Shown here one piece after another: positions 30,615 through 46,144 of a DNA stretch of 64,000 nt. The stretch comes from Octopus vulgaris (lineage: Eukaryota), in assembly GCA_951406725.2 (NCBI GenBank), contig OX597815.1:101184001-101248000 (forward strand), read 5' to 3'. The notes under the pieces were generated by a model. The model was not told where the DNA came from. It saw only the letters and a list, made by a program, of their open reading frames with translations, and made no database searches. Position numbers and translations under genes: made by a program. Every line of letters begins with the position of its first letter. Within the stretch, counting starts at the first letter, position 1.

Positions 30615-30797
30615 TTGGGTTGGCAACTAAGTTCCCGCCGTTTTTTTAAATTTAAATTTTTTAAAAGGTTTAATAAAAAATAACAACTAATTAACCAATA
30701 ATGTATTCACCCTTTTTGTTTACAACTTCTTCCCAGCCTTCAACAATATTTTCAATACCTCGTTGGTAGAAATCACCCGATTTAGACTCGAAAAAAT
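30615..30797 (-). mobile_element. Mariner 3' end fragment (intronic)
   Basis: TIR TTGGGTTGGCAACTAAG; minus-strand translation FFESKSGDFYQRGIENIVEGWEEVVNKKGEYI matches a mariner C-terminus. Confidence 0.8.
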
Positions 30798-30914
30798 GTT
30801 TTTCTTACAACAAACACCTTTATATCAATTACATAAGCATTGTAAATCTTACCAATTATATATTTATTGCATTATATATATTTATTGTATATCACCCTAT
30901 ATTTATTATACAGA

Positions 30915-31380
30915 CGTCACCATTACCTCCACCATCGCTACCATCAACACAGCAACCACCATCACAATAACAACTATGAGCACCACACTGAAACCAACAT
31001 TACCACTACCATCAACACCATCACCAACACTACAAACACCACAACCTGCTTTCCCCATCACAAACAACCCTTTTCCTAAACCTACCAGAACTAGTAGCGG
31101 CGGCGGCGGCAGCAGCAGCAGCAGCAGCAGCACCACCACCACCACCACCACCACCACCATCACCACCACCACCACCACCACTACCACCACCGCTACGAGT
31201 ACTACCACCACTACTACCACTTCCATCACTACAACCACAACACCCACCACAACCACGACACTTACCGTCCGACTATCACCTCCCCATCAACACCTCCACG
31301 AGTACTATCGCTACCACCTACACTGCCAGTACTACAACAGTACTATCTACAATACTAACACTATAACTACCTCCCACGAC
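30915..31380. repeat. Degenerate (ACC/ACT/AGC)n trinucleotide tract (intronic)
   Basis: Directly visible; it produces a Thr-rich pseudo-ORF. Confidence 0.9.
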
Positions 31381-31684
31381 TAAAAGCAGATACATAATTG
31401 CGAGCCAAAGACATAACTTGTACGTCGTCACTCGACCAAATCTCCCTTAAATCAAAACCTACCGTTTTAAAGAATGAATCTTTGGATAATGAAGTCTGAT
31501 ATTTAACCCCCTCCAAACATTTTAATGAGATTTGCGAGATTACTAGTTATAAAAATAAAAAAAGAAATCAATGAACAATGATCCAAAGTCGAATATTATG
31601 GAAGGAGGTTTGGATAATAAAAACGAAATGGGTATATCTGGAAGACCTGTGATCGTAGGTCTACTCATTCAGTGTGTGTTTGTT

Positions 31685-31765
<81 letters not shown>

Positions 31766-31936
31766 CTTGGAGATAAACAACAACAGATCCATATTTGTTA
31801 GTATTTTCCATGCTCTCTATTAATATTCCTCGTAGAAGCGCAATATATGTAGAAGACAACACTACTATCTACACTCCCATCACAACTCGTACTATTTCCA
31901 AATCCATGAACAACTTAACCCCACTAACCTGCCGTC

Positions 31937-31974
<38 letters not shown>

Positions 31975-32113
31975 ATATGTTACATTACTCGATAGTCAAG
32001 ATAAAACTCTGAGTTTCAGATGCCGAAGTGGGAATCCACAACGCCATCTCTTCGGTTATCTGGCTATTTGAAAACGCTATGAAAAAATACCGTCATAGCG
32101 TTTTCAAATAGCC

Positions 32114-32176
32114 AGATAACCGAAGAGATGACGTTGTGGATTCCCACTTCGGCATCTGAAACTCAGAGTTTTATCT
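32114..32176 (+). ncRNA. Type I hammerhead ribozyme, intronic and on the sense strand; mirror copy at 31999-32061 (-)
   Basis: AGATAA-CCGAAGA-GATG..GTGG ATTC CCAC..CATC T-GAA-AC TCAGA GT-T-TTATCT. Confidence 0.7.
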
Positions 32177-32277
32177 TGACTATCGAGTAATGTAACATAT
32201 TATTTTATAGATAAATTTCTTCTATTTACATAATATTGAGGTCTCTTTCTTTCTTTTGTTATCTTACCGTTTTACCA

Positions 32278-32332
<55 letters not shown>

Positions 32333-32709
32333 AATATATATATATATATTATTATATATATTATTATATTTTATTACTTATTATATTATATTAAACTTTT
32401 TAACACTTTTTGGTTAGTTTAAAAAAAATAAGGTTAAAAGTTTAAAAATTTATAAATTTAAATTTAAAATATAAAAATATAAAAATTTATAAATATAAAT
32501 TAAAAAATTTCAAATTTCAATAATTTATATTTCATATATATTTTGTATATTATATTAATTATATTTATTTTTTGTTTTTTATGTTTTGGTTTATGTCTAT
32601 CACTGTTTGAGTTGCCTAATAGTGGTTTTATCTCTAATTTAATTTATATCTATACTGTGAAATTTGATTTAATCCTAAATCTAATTTTTCCCTGTAAGTT
32701 TGGATATAT

Positions 32710-32815
<106 letters not shown>

Positions 32816-32855
32816 CAAATGTATGTATATATATGTGTGTTTATATTTCGCATAG

Positions 32856-33061
32856 GAACTTCCACCATTGGAGAAATGTATGGAACCAAGAATGTTTTCG
32901 GCGATGTCGAGCAGAATTAGGTCCACATATCAGCATTGCTTGTCAAAACGACATCTACAAGGTCATTAACAAACGACCGCCACGCCTCCTTCGCCGGAGC
33001 ACCAATATCTCAGTAGACACTAATGACGTAAGGAGACCTCTCAGCCAACACCAGTTTAGAC
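32856..33061 (+). CDS. Ilp7: Insulin/relaxin-like peptide (dilp7 ortholog), coding exon 2: B chain and start of C peptide
   Basis: catAG acceptor at 32854-55. Encodes RNFHHWRNVWNQECFRRCRAELGPHISIACQNDIYKVINKRPPRLLRRS...QFR, with B-chain C-x11-C spacing plus one extra Cys. Phase-1 donor C|GTAAGT at 33062. Confidence 0.93.
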
Positions 33062-33864
33062 GTAAGTCATATTAAATAAATTTATTAATTTCAAAATATA
33101 TTTTAAAGAGTATTCCAGTAAATATTGTGCATGATTACAGTATTATATTTTAAAATTAATATTGTGTGACAATGATATAACACAAATTATCATTTTCGAT
33201 TTTGATATTTTTCCTAAATATTCTTTATTATCAAACAAAAGCAAAATTTAACTGTTCTCGTGTATTTGTAGTTTCAAGATATCTTAATATTGAAATTGTA
33301 TAGCTTATTTTACAATAAGTTTGCTATAAAAAAAGAGTTAGATCTTTGAATCTTGAAGGTGCGAAATATCATAAATTTTGGACTTTTGATATTTTCTTTG
33401 AAAGTTTATCGAATCTTTAGACAAGCAGAATTTTTACCTAAAACGTATTTATGAATTAACCAATAATACATTAATCTCCACGTAAATATGCAATCTGAAA
33501 CATTTAGAGGAAATGTAAGAAGTAAAATATAAGATTCATATGAGGATAAAAGGATGTCATTAACTGAAGATAGATTTTGTAATTGGAACTATTACAGGCG
33601 TTTCAAATTTTCCAAATAACAATGGGAATCAAAATCTATTAGGAGCTCTGTCGAGTCGACGAAGGGAGCTTTTTGTGATCACTCGATCTGCTAAAGTTAG
33701 TAGCTAAATCTCGCTCGAATCACATCCTACAGTCTTAAAAGAGAAAGGACACATTCGAAAATTTTGCTCTAGATAATTTGTGTGTAGGAAAAAGAAAAAT
33801 CGTGACGGAAAATAGATCTCTGCAAGATTCGAATGTAAAATTTAAAAAAGGATTCAACTAAATA

Positions 33865-34080
33865 TTGGATTCAAATTTATGGCACAAGGCCAGCAATTTT
33901 AGGGGAGGGGATAAGTCGATCACATCGACCCCAGTGCTCAACTGGTACATACTTTATCGACTCCGAAAGGATGGAGGGCAAAGTCGAACTAGGCGGAATT
34001 TGAACTCGGTTCGTGAAGACGGACGAAATGCCGTTAAACTTTTTGCACGGCGTGCTAACAATTCTACCAGCTCGCCGCCT
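33865..34080 (-). mobile_element. tRNA-derived SINE family 2 (Meta-domain-like core)
   Basis: Minus strand reads GGCGGCGAGCTGG..GAGTTCAAATTCC..CCATCCTTTCGGAGTCGATAAA. Other copies lie near 21697-21908, 49900-50090, 50340-50577, 50600-50785, 52895-53108, 61065-61263, 63000-63180 and 63870-64000. Confidence 0.8.
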
Positions 34081-34132
34081 TTAACAATATTAATAATTCT
34101 AATAATCATGTATTTGCTCATATCCTTTATAG

Positions 34133-34353
34133 GTCATCGACGTTCCCTCAGGTTTCCATTTTTACTGCAGGATTCCGAAGCATTTAGCTATCTAAAACGG
34201 GAGCACAAAATGGTTAAACGAGGTCAAGCAGGTGGAATCATGGAAGAGTGTTGTTATATGAAAGGCTGTACATGGGAAGAGTATGCAGAATTTTGTCATT
34301 CTCATTCCCGATATCAAAGTTCAGGTGAGAATGGTAACTGTCCAACTTACTAA
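34133..34353 (+). CDS. Ilp7: Insulin/relaxin-like peptide (dilp7 ortholog), coding exon 3: C peptide end and A chain
   Basis: ttatAG acceptor at 34131-32, phase compatible. Encodes ...KR-GQAGGIMEECCYMKGCTWEEYAEFCHSHSRYQSSGENGNCPTY*, with CC-x4-C-x8-C and the GCTWEEYAE(F/Y)C motif typical of dilp7 orthologs. Spliced CDS is 558 nt, or 185 aa plus stop. Confidence 0.95.
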
Positions 34354-34439
34354 TTTACTGGTACTATCTTCTACAGTACCTGTCTTCAAATTTGCATTTT
34401 GGATTTTCTCAATTAATCATTATTTTTGCTATGAATTTA

Positions 34440-34453
34440 AATAAATAAATAAA
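34440..34453 (+). promoter_or_regulatory. Candidate polyadenylation signals of the insulin-like gene
   Basis: Overlapping AATAAA hexamers about 90 nt after the stop codon. Confidence 0.5.
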
Positions 34454-34850
34454 ATACGCAACATTTTTGGATATTGGATTGGTTTCTGCTTTCGGGAGTA
34501 TTCCGCCATATACACCATACCCTACAAATGCAATAGATATGCAAATTCATATGCTGGTATACAAATTGTTTATACATACATACATACATACATACATGGT
34601 GGCTGCCTCCTCGTTATCGAGTATGGCCATTGCACGAAGCTTAATCAATGTTGTTATCGTGCAATGCCTGTGCAAGAAGATTTTTTTTTTAAAGTGAGGA
34701 AAGGCTGTGCACTGAGTCAATCCCACTCACTAAGCAACAGCAGCAATAATCCGAAAAGAAGAACAAGTCAACATCATCGGTAACCACTGATACATACATA
34801 CATACATACATACATACATACATACATACATACATACATACATACATACA

Positions 34851-34881
<31 letters not shown>

Positions 34882-35184
34882 CATACACACGTACACATAT
34901 ATTATTTGTGTATTAAGATTACAATTTGTCTCATGTTAAGAAAATATATTAATATCTTAACAGTTTTTCAAGCCGATCACATGGAGGAATGGTGTTTGTC
35001 TCCATTTTGCATTAAGATTGTTAAGATATTAAGATATTTTCTTAATATGAAACCAATGGTAGCCCTAATACACAAGTAGAGAAATTTTATCCCCCAATGT
35101 GGTGTTGAGCACACATTCTCGTTGTTCGACATTTACGTATCGCTCTCTCTCTCTCTCTTTCTTTCTCTCTCTCTCTCTCTCTCG

Positions 35185-35223
<39 letters not shown>

Positions 35224-35865
35224 GTGTGTGTGTGTTTGTTTATGTATGTGTGTATGTATAAAAATACACCACTCATAAGCACACATATAGAGAATAGAGA
35301 AAGAGCTTGATAAATATTTGTATCTACACATCAGGGAAAACGTATTCAATACATCAATTATACTGTATATATTTTATTTTGTTAATATGAATGTGTAGTT
35401 AAGCAATCACGTGCGAACATCGTTGCCCATATATTGTTACATTGCTACCTTTCGTCACTGTTTGAACTAGCGGTTGAAATCGTGAACCCGATTATTCCAT
35501 GTATTCATACACATGCATTTACATACACACATACATACACACATACATACATATATACATACATACATACATGCATATATATATGCATGCATATGCATGT
35601 ATGCATGTATGTATGTATGTATGTATGTATGTATGTATGTATGTATGTATGTTTGTATGTATGTATGTATGTATGTATGTATGTATGTATGTATTACATC
35701 GTTCAGTCACGAACATCCACACCACATTGACTGGGACATTTATCACTGGACATAATGTTCACATGGTTGAATACGTGGAAGAATTATAATGGTGTTGATC
35801 ACCAACTGATGCCTAATAAATATATACTCTACATAATGTATTGAGTACTGTTTTCTTTCATTGTC

Positions 35866-35926
<61 letters not shown>

Positions 35927-36180
35927 GTGTCAGCCTGTGTATGTATGTATTTCTCATACCGAGTGAATTGACAGTATGATTTAACGAAGGACTTATCTAA
36001 AATAACCAGCCTGAGGAAACGCGACTTACACCCTCATTGGACGATAGTGATTACACAGTGTATTAATTATATCATATTACCAATGTGTAACGATGGGTGG
36101 AAACATTAGTAGCATTTTAAAATCATGTCGTTCAACCAATTCTCTATTATTCATCTGTTTCTTTTTCTCTCTGTGTGAGC

Positions 36181-36234
<54 letters not shown>

Positions 36235-36603
36235 ATGTATGTATGTATGTATGTATGTATGTATGTATGTATGTATGTATGTATGTATGTGTGTATGTAT
36301 GTATACTACTTTTAATAGGCAGAAGTTATAAAGCTACTGAAGAGCCGAGCGTTTCGCGCACGCCGTTTATCAGACACTCGACTCTTGAGTCACTTTATAA
36401 CTTCTGATGACTATAGATAATAAAAAGATACATAGGCGCAGGCGTGACTCTGCAGTTAGAAGTTTGATTCCCAACCAATGGTTATAGTTCATCCCCCCCC
36501 CCTTGGAAGTATCTTCTACTATAGCCTCGGGCTGACCAAAACCTGGTAAGTGTATTTGGTAAGTGGAAACTGAAAGAGGCCCGTCGCGCGCGCGTGTCTG
36601 TGT

Positions 36604-38773
<2,170 letters not shown>

Positions 38774-38774
38774 T

Positions 38775-39381
38775 CTTAGACAAAAGAGATAACAAAGCCA
38801 AGGCTGCGAGAGTATTTTTCAGGATATTTATAAGGAAAGAGACATAGATATAGTCTTACAGCTGTTTCTGGGATATTATGAATATCCGTTCATCAGAGAC
38901 GATGTGAGATGGTTAAATAGATGTGAATGTTTGAGTTCAAAATAAGTAATTATTGTGGAAAAGGAGGAGGTAGGGAATATAGAAGGAAGTAAGAGAACAA
39001 AAGTAGAAATAAAATATAATATATAAGAAAAATATAAAAATAAAATATAAAAATATAAGACATTGTAGTTGCAGTTCCATTATTCGAGGAAAGTGGTGTT
39101 TAGAAATGGTAAAAAAGATTTCTGTACATGGTATGTACGTTCCAATAGTAGTTCATGTTTAGTCATTCCTAAGTATGGAATCGTGGATTCTGTGTTGCTC
39201 TTTCGAAGGGGTTTCACACACGCACACACATATATATGGGTGGGTAAACGAAAAAAAAAGGCACTTAACATATTTATTAGGAGTTACATACGTATTACTC
39301 AAAACAGTTTGTTTCAGATTACGTGCTACTTCAAGTTTCTTTTCAGGCTGGTAAGAATTCGAATCATCAAACTGTTTGAGT

Positions 39382-39385
<4 letters not shown>
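38775..39385 (-). mobile_element. Degraded PLE 3' fragment with hammerhead
   Basis: Minus-strand ORF remnants at 39062-39385, followed in the same orientation by the HHR at 38853-38900 and (TA)n. Protein similarity is weak. Confidence 0.5.
38853..38900 (-). ncRNA. Type I hammerhead ribozyme
   Basis: Minus strand reads GTCT-CTGATGA-AC GGATATT CAT AATATCC CA-GAA-AC AGCT GT-A-AGAC: palindromic ACAGCTGT, GUA site. Confidence 0.85.
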
Positions 39386-39434
<49 letters not shown>

Positions 39435-39642
39435 GTGAGTAATAATCGAAAGAAAGTGGTACTCAATACATTTAGTAGGGATTACATCTATTATTTAAAA
39501 ATAGTTTGATTCGGCTCCATGTAACTTAATGTTTTGTGGGCCCATCAATCCTGACGAACTATGTTCGTGTGACGAGCCCACGAATCGCTTAGCTGGATGG
39601 AACAGAATTACACTGTTTTAAATATTGTATATATACATACAT

Positions 39643-39806
39643 AGGCGCAGGAGTGGCTGTGTGGTAAGTAGCTTGCTTACCAACCACATGGTTCCGGGTT
39701 CAGTCCCACTGCGTAGCACCTTGCGCAAGTGTCTTTCTACTATAGCCTCGGGCCGACCAAAGCTTTGTGACTGGATTTGGTAGACGGAAACTGAAAGAAG
39801 CCCGTC

Positions 39807-39862
<56 letters not shown>

Positions 39863-40075
39863 ATCTTTGTGTGTCTGTGTTTGTCCGCCCAACATCGCTT
39901 GACAACCGATGGTGGTGTGTTTACGTCCCTGTCACTTAGCAGTCCGGCAAGCGAGACCGATAGAATAAGTATTAGGCTTAAAGAATAAGTCTTGGGGTCC
40001 GATTTGCACGACTAAAGGCGGTGCTCCAGCATGGCCGCAGTCAAATGACTGAAACAAATAAAAGAATAAAAGAAT
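39643..40075 (+). mobile_element. tRNA-derived SINE family 1 (octopus OK-like), full copy
   Basis: A box TGGCTGTGTGG, B box GGTTCAGTCCC, internal (TA)n, 3' stem-loop CAGTCAAATGACTG and AAAAGAAT tail. Partial copies lie near 2638-2910, 5548-5735, 7385-7595, 19640-19772(-), 23848-24165(-), 36435-36590, 47497-49870 and 62625-62860(-). Family name not verified. Confidence 0.85.
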
Positions 40076-41054
40076 ACAAACACACACACGCACACACACA
40101 CGCACAAACACACACACACGCACGCACGCGCGACACACACACAAATACATAAAATGAACACAAAATGAAAATGAAAGTGAAAGAAGACAACACGGATAGG
40201 TTTCAAGATATAGAAGAAAATGCAGAAGGAAACTGAAAGAGGAAAAATAGTTGGAGGAAAAGAATGGGATGTAAGAGTCGTGGCAAAGTGTGAATGAATT
40301 TCTATGAGGGTAGTTAAGGGTGATGAATTTCTATGAGGGTATGTGTATGAATAGGCATGTATCCGTATACTGAAGTCTGCATAAGTGGGAAGAGTTGTGT
40401 ATAGGTAGGTATTTTTGGAGGTTTGTGTATGTGTGTTGAGGTGTGCAAATCTAGAAGTGCAGCAGCTTGGTATAGGGACGTTAGGGGTCGTTGGTGTGTT
40501 TGTGTTATCGTGTTGTGTGTGAAGAAAGCGTGGAAATGAGGAGATGATAGCTGTGCGAGTGCAAGCTGAAAGGGAAGGTAAGAGGAATGCGGAGAGTTTA
40601 ATAGATGTGGTTGCATGAGTATGCGTGTGAGATAGTGTTGGAAGAAAAGTGATAGAAGAATAAGAGAAAATTAGGAGAAAGGAAACTGCAATAGTGCAAG
40701 CATTGGTGCAAACACAAAACTTTCTTCTTTGTTTCTGTGACAAGAAAATTACTGAGGCACATGGAGGGATGATATGAAGACAATAGAGGTGTGTGCACCT
40801 TCGAAATGTAAAGCGTAAAGAATATAGGTGGAAGGTAGAAAAAAGAAAGAAAAAATGAAATATATATATCGGTAGCCACTACACACATTTTTTCTCTCCT
40901 TGTTTCTTTCCTTATTTTTTTTCCTGTGCCCCTTTCTGTAGAAGAGCATAGGTTCGAAACGTAAAAGACTTTTTCTATTCCCGAGCGTTATACTATTACA
41001 TCTGTTTGTTTTGTACACCACCTGTTTTCGTCTTATGTTTTTTTCGTGAACTCT

Positions 41055-41167
<113 letters not shown>

Positions 41168-41891
41168 AGTACACGCACCGGGACCACTCTTCTTAAGTAG
41201 TACCGAAAATATGTTGGAAGAGATGAAGTCTCTGTGAGTGTAATGGACGGTTATGAAAGCGTGGGGTGGCAGGTTGTGTGTTTATAAAAATGCTGTTGGT
41301 GCATTGAGGGTACGTATGTGTGCGTGTGTAGAGGAGGATGTGTGTGGGAATAGCGTGGGAGGGGAGAGAGAGGGAGATAAAAAGAAGGGGGTATATTGAG
41401 GGAGTGGGTTTAGAAGAGAAGTCAAAATAGGTGTGGGAATCAGTAGGTTTGTAGAAGACAGAGGTTAAAAGGGTGAATCACGCGTGAGGAGCTAAATCCT
41501 CATCGCTTTCATCAATTATTTTCGCCCTTCACCCCAGTTTACATCCTCCATTTCGTACACTTCCCCCTTTTAACCTCTATTTTCTACAAACCTACCAATT
41601 CCCATACCTATTTTGACTTCTACTCCTAATTCACTCCCTCAGTATATCTCCTTCTTTTTGTCTTCCTCTCTCTCCTCTCCCACACTATTCTCACGCATCC
41701 CTCCTCTACACACACACACGCATAGTATACTCAAGTAGTCACATCAAAGTGGTAGATGAATGTTACAACTCGTTTAATCCCAGGAGGGGATTCCTCTGCC
41801 ACTTTGATGTGGTTATTTTCTTTACTGTTTAGTATACGTTACTACTCTATCTCTTAAGATTTTATAATTAGCTATTTTGCCTATATATACA

Positions 41892-41975
<84 letters not shown>

Positions 41976-42001
41976 AGCACGTTCTGTTGGCATATAAACA
42001 C

Positions 42002-42062
<61 letters not shown>

Positions 42063-42066
<4 letters not shown>

Positions 42067-43323
42067 CTGCCTGACCCAGCTCTTACAACATTATGACTGG
42101 ATGTTGAGGCAGTTACTCAACAAATCAAATGTGGACGTAATATACCTTGATTTTGCAAAAGCTTTTGACAAGGTGGATCCCAAACTGCATGACCTTGGTA
42201 TAGCTGGAAAACTTGGAGAGTGGTTACATGACTTCCTGAAAGATAGGAGCCAGGCAGTAGTGGTTAATGGAGCCACCTCTATGAGCACACAAATAGTGGG
42301 TGGTGTTCCACAGGGCACTGTCTTGGGACCACTTCTTTTTATAGTGGCCCTCTCAGATATGCCCTCAAATGCCCGGATAGCCACACTTGCAAGTTATGCA
42401 GATGATACGAAAGTCTCACAAGAAATACAGAACCCCAGCGATGTTGCACACCTGCAGCAGGAGTTGGACTCAATTTACAGGTGGGCTGAGGATAATAATA
42501 TGCAGTTTAATGCTGAAAAAGTCTAAGCCCTGCGCTACCAGCATCCAAAACTGAATATGAAACTTACAGGATACACCGGTCCACAGGGAATTTCAATCCC
42601 AGAGCCTAAGTCAGTGAGGAACCTGGGCATCGACATGAGTGATTATACCTCTTTCCAAGCGCACATTACCAGGATGGCGACAAAGTGCAGACGACTGGCT
42701 GGATGGATCCTAAGAACATTCAGAACCAGAAATAAGGAAATTATGGTGGTCCTCTGGCGGACATTCGTCCGCAGCCGCCTGGGTTACTGCTCACAGCTGT
42801 AGTCACCCACCAGTGTGAAATTAACAACGGACCATGAAGCAATTCAGAGAAAACTCACAAAGAATATCGTCTCTCTGCAACAGCTCAGCTACTGGGAAAG
42901 GTTGAAACAGTTAAGACTCTACTCCCCGGAGAGAAGACGGGAGAGGCATGCATTTATATATATCTGGAAGATCCTGGAAGGAATTGTGCCAAATTTTGGC
43001 ATTGAAAGCTACACCAATGCCAGAACGGGACGATACTGCATAGTGCCAAAGATCCCAGCAATGCTATCATGCTTCGGGACCAGTTACTGCAACAGTCTGG
43101 GTTTCAAGGGCCCACAGCTTTTTAACATTCTCCCAAAGAGTCTGAGGAACTTGTAGGGGTTTTTAAGTCAAAGCTGGACATCTTCCTGTCGAGAGTCCCA
43201 GATGAACCTACCTCACGACAAGAGGTGCTTCACCAAGTGCCACATATTAGAGGACGCTCTTAGTAATAACAGTGTAGTAAAACGGCGGTGCATCAGCATG
43301 GCCACAGCTCTGAGCTGAAACTA

Positions 43324-43326
<3 letters not shown>
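42063..43326 (+). mobile_element. 5'-truncated CR1-like LINE pseudogene
   Basis: YLDFAKAFDKVD, GVPQGTVLGPLLF, YADDTK and YWERLKQLRLYS across three broken ORFs; (TA)n on both sides. Confidence 0.92.
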
Positions 43327-43407
<81 letters not shown>

Positions 43408-43542
43408 GACCTCGAACACACAAGTGCAAACAAGGGAGTCAGAGAAAGGCAGAATGCTACTTATATCTGAACACTACTACAGAAATATTCTTTTAAAAAA
43501 ACTTTTCTTCTAATTTTTCTAAATTTAATTATTTAATCGTTA

Positions 43543-43580
43543 CAGTTGAAAAGGTCTCAAAATGACCGAAACCGGTACTG
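43543..43580 (+). ncRNA. Degenerate hammerhead motif
   Basis: CAG-TTGAAAA-GGTC TCAAAAT GACC-GAA-A CCGG T-A-CTG. Stems and palindrome are intact; the core is mutated. Confidence 0.45.
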
Positions 43581-43637
43581 AAAGATTCACTATAAAATTA
43601 TCTTAGCATTTTCTATTTTTGACTTGTTTTTTCATAT

Positions 43638-43681
<44 letters not shown>

Positions 43682-43718
43682 TGTATGTATGTATGTATAT
43701 ATAAATATATGTTTACAT

Positions 43719-43773
<55 letters not shown>

Positions 43774-44642
43774 CACATATATACATATGTGTGTGTGCAC
43801 ACGACACGCACACGCACCGTACACACACACACGCACACACACACATATCAATGTATGCAATTATATATATATATATATATATATATAAATATATAATTCC
43901 AAGAGAGTTAGAGGTTGTGAATCCAACCAACTAAGGGATAATATCTATCCAATATACTGCCGGTAGAATACCCAATTATTAACACATAAGGGTTTTTCAT
44001 TGCATGACAATTACACTACTGAATGTAATAAATGGTTGAGGGTAAACATTTTTTTTACCCTTAATATATACAGCAATAAAACAATGGAGGTGATCAAGAG
44101 GTGGTATTTATTAACTTTTAGACATTATATTATGTCTATTTATTAAAAAAAAAACAATTATAACAATATACGTACATGTATAACATATTATGCTTTACAT
44201 GTATAATATATAAAATATAAAAATACCAGTAATTATTAACATATATATATATTCTACTTTTTATGCTCTACGTTATATATTTTAATAATTACTGGTATTT
44301 TTAGATTTTTATATATTATATATGTAAAGCTTAATGTGTTATACATGTATGTATATCGTTATAATTTAAAAAAAAACACTAATAAATAGACATAATATGA
44401 TGTCTAAAAGTTCTTCCCCTCAATTTTCTTATTGCCGTATATACGCCCCCCCCCCACACAAGTGTAATGCTAATTGAAGTTAGCAAAACAAGAGAAACAT
44501 ATTCACATAGAAGGAATACAGTGCGCTCAATAAAGTACTAATTTGGCGCTTATGTGAAAAGAAAAGTTCGTATTTGACGTTTCGCATAAAATGAAACGAC
44601 GGAGTAAGTTAAAGTGAGAAGAAATTGATAAATAGATAAAGA

Positions 44643-44790
<148 letters not shown>

Positions 44791-44995
44791 GGGGGGGAAA
44801 GCGGGGAGGAGGAAAAGCTATTCAGAAAGTGGGGGATTAGAAAAGATAAGAATTTATGAGGAGAAATAGCTGTTCCATGACATGGCGTCAGAAAAGTTGA
44901 TGTGAGTAATTTTGTAGGAGTGTGCGTTTAAAAAGTATAATCTCGCTTGATAGGATTGAATGTATGGGTCATCTTCAGATAGTGATGAAAGTGTG

Positions 44996-45042
<47 letters not shown>

Positions 45043-45445
45043 CGCGCGCGTGTGTGTGTGTGAGAGAGAGAGAGTGTGTGAGTGTGTGTGTGTCAGTGTG
45101 AGGGCATGCCAACATATGTTTTTTATGAAAGGCAAATGAAAAACCGATATAAGTAAAGGAACTGAATTGAACGCAGCTTCTTTTTTTTTACGAATTTATT
45201 GACCTGCATCAGCAAGAACACGGCCAGTGATGTATATTTAACTATTATAAACGGATGTTTGTTCCAATTTTTCTTTTTTCTCTCTGTACTTGACCCAATA
45301 TGTTTATTTGTATGTAAACATACACACATACCCACACATATACACACACACATATGTATGTGTACAAAATACACACACACATATGTATGTGTACAAAATA
45401 CACACACACATATGTATGTGTACAAAATACACACACACACACACA

Positions 45446-45489
<44 letters not shown>

Positions 45490-45730
45490 CAACAGAAATT
45501 TCGATTGTTCTAGGTTATGTGTATTGCAGGACCACAGCAGTTTTCGAATATATAAAGTACATGTAAAATAACCAATTGATGTCTAGACATGGAAAAATAC
45601 TAAATTTATATTTTTCTGAAATACTTTTCATGAAAAGCGTGTGAGAATCGATATAAATAAAGATAAATAAAATGAATTGAACGCAATTTTGTTTTACAAA
45701 TTTATTGACTTGCTTCAGTACATACATACA

Positions 45731-45813
<83 letters not shown>

Positions 45814-46144
45814 AAACAATAAAAAAACAACCACGTTGTTGTTGGCTGTTTTTAAAGATTTTTAAGAGGAGTACTTTCAATTTTTCTTCTTTTTCTGTAT
45901 GATTCTTTATAGCCGAGTGCATTTTCAACTCCGCTCTATCATTTGTTTTCCATCTGTAATTCTGAATTCTTTCGTTTACCTTTCAACTTCACCTGTTTCG
46001 TCTTGTCCTCATTCTTATATGCACATAGCTGCTCTAAATTTAAACGATCTTCCACATTGAAGTTCACAACTTGCAAGCTAATTATCACCGTTTATTTCAT
46101 GATATTTTGGAGTAAATGAAGTCGAGATTTTTGCTATGTCCCTG

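Noticed and set aside
30763-31383. Mucin-like Thr-rich ORF
   Set aside because: Trinucleotide repeat inside an intron, starting in a mariner fragment, with no convincing splice sites or signal peptide.
33028-33033. Alternative donor GTAAGG in exon 2
   Set aside because: It is phase 0 and would shift the A-chain exon out of frame; the phase-1 GTAAGT at 33062 fits.
33865-34132. N-terminal half of the 162-aa ORF as part of the insulin-like protein
   Set aside because: It is an antisense SINE plus intron sequence that happens to be in frame; the real exon starts at 34133.
36340-36385. Additional minus-strand hammerhead
   Set aside because: The core reads CTGATAA and the cleavage site and stem I are disrupted; too degenerate to count.
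39643-39720. tRNA gene
   Set aside because: A and B boxes are present, but it is the head of a multi-copy SINE and I could not fold a complete cloverleaf.
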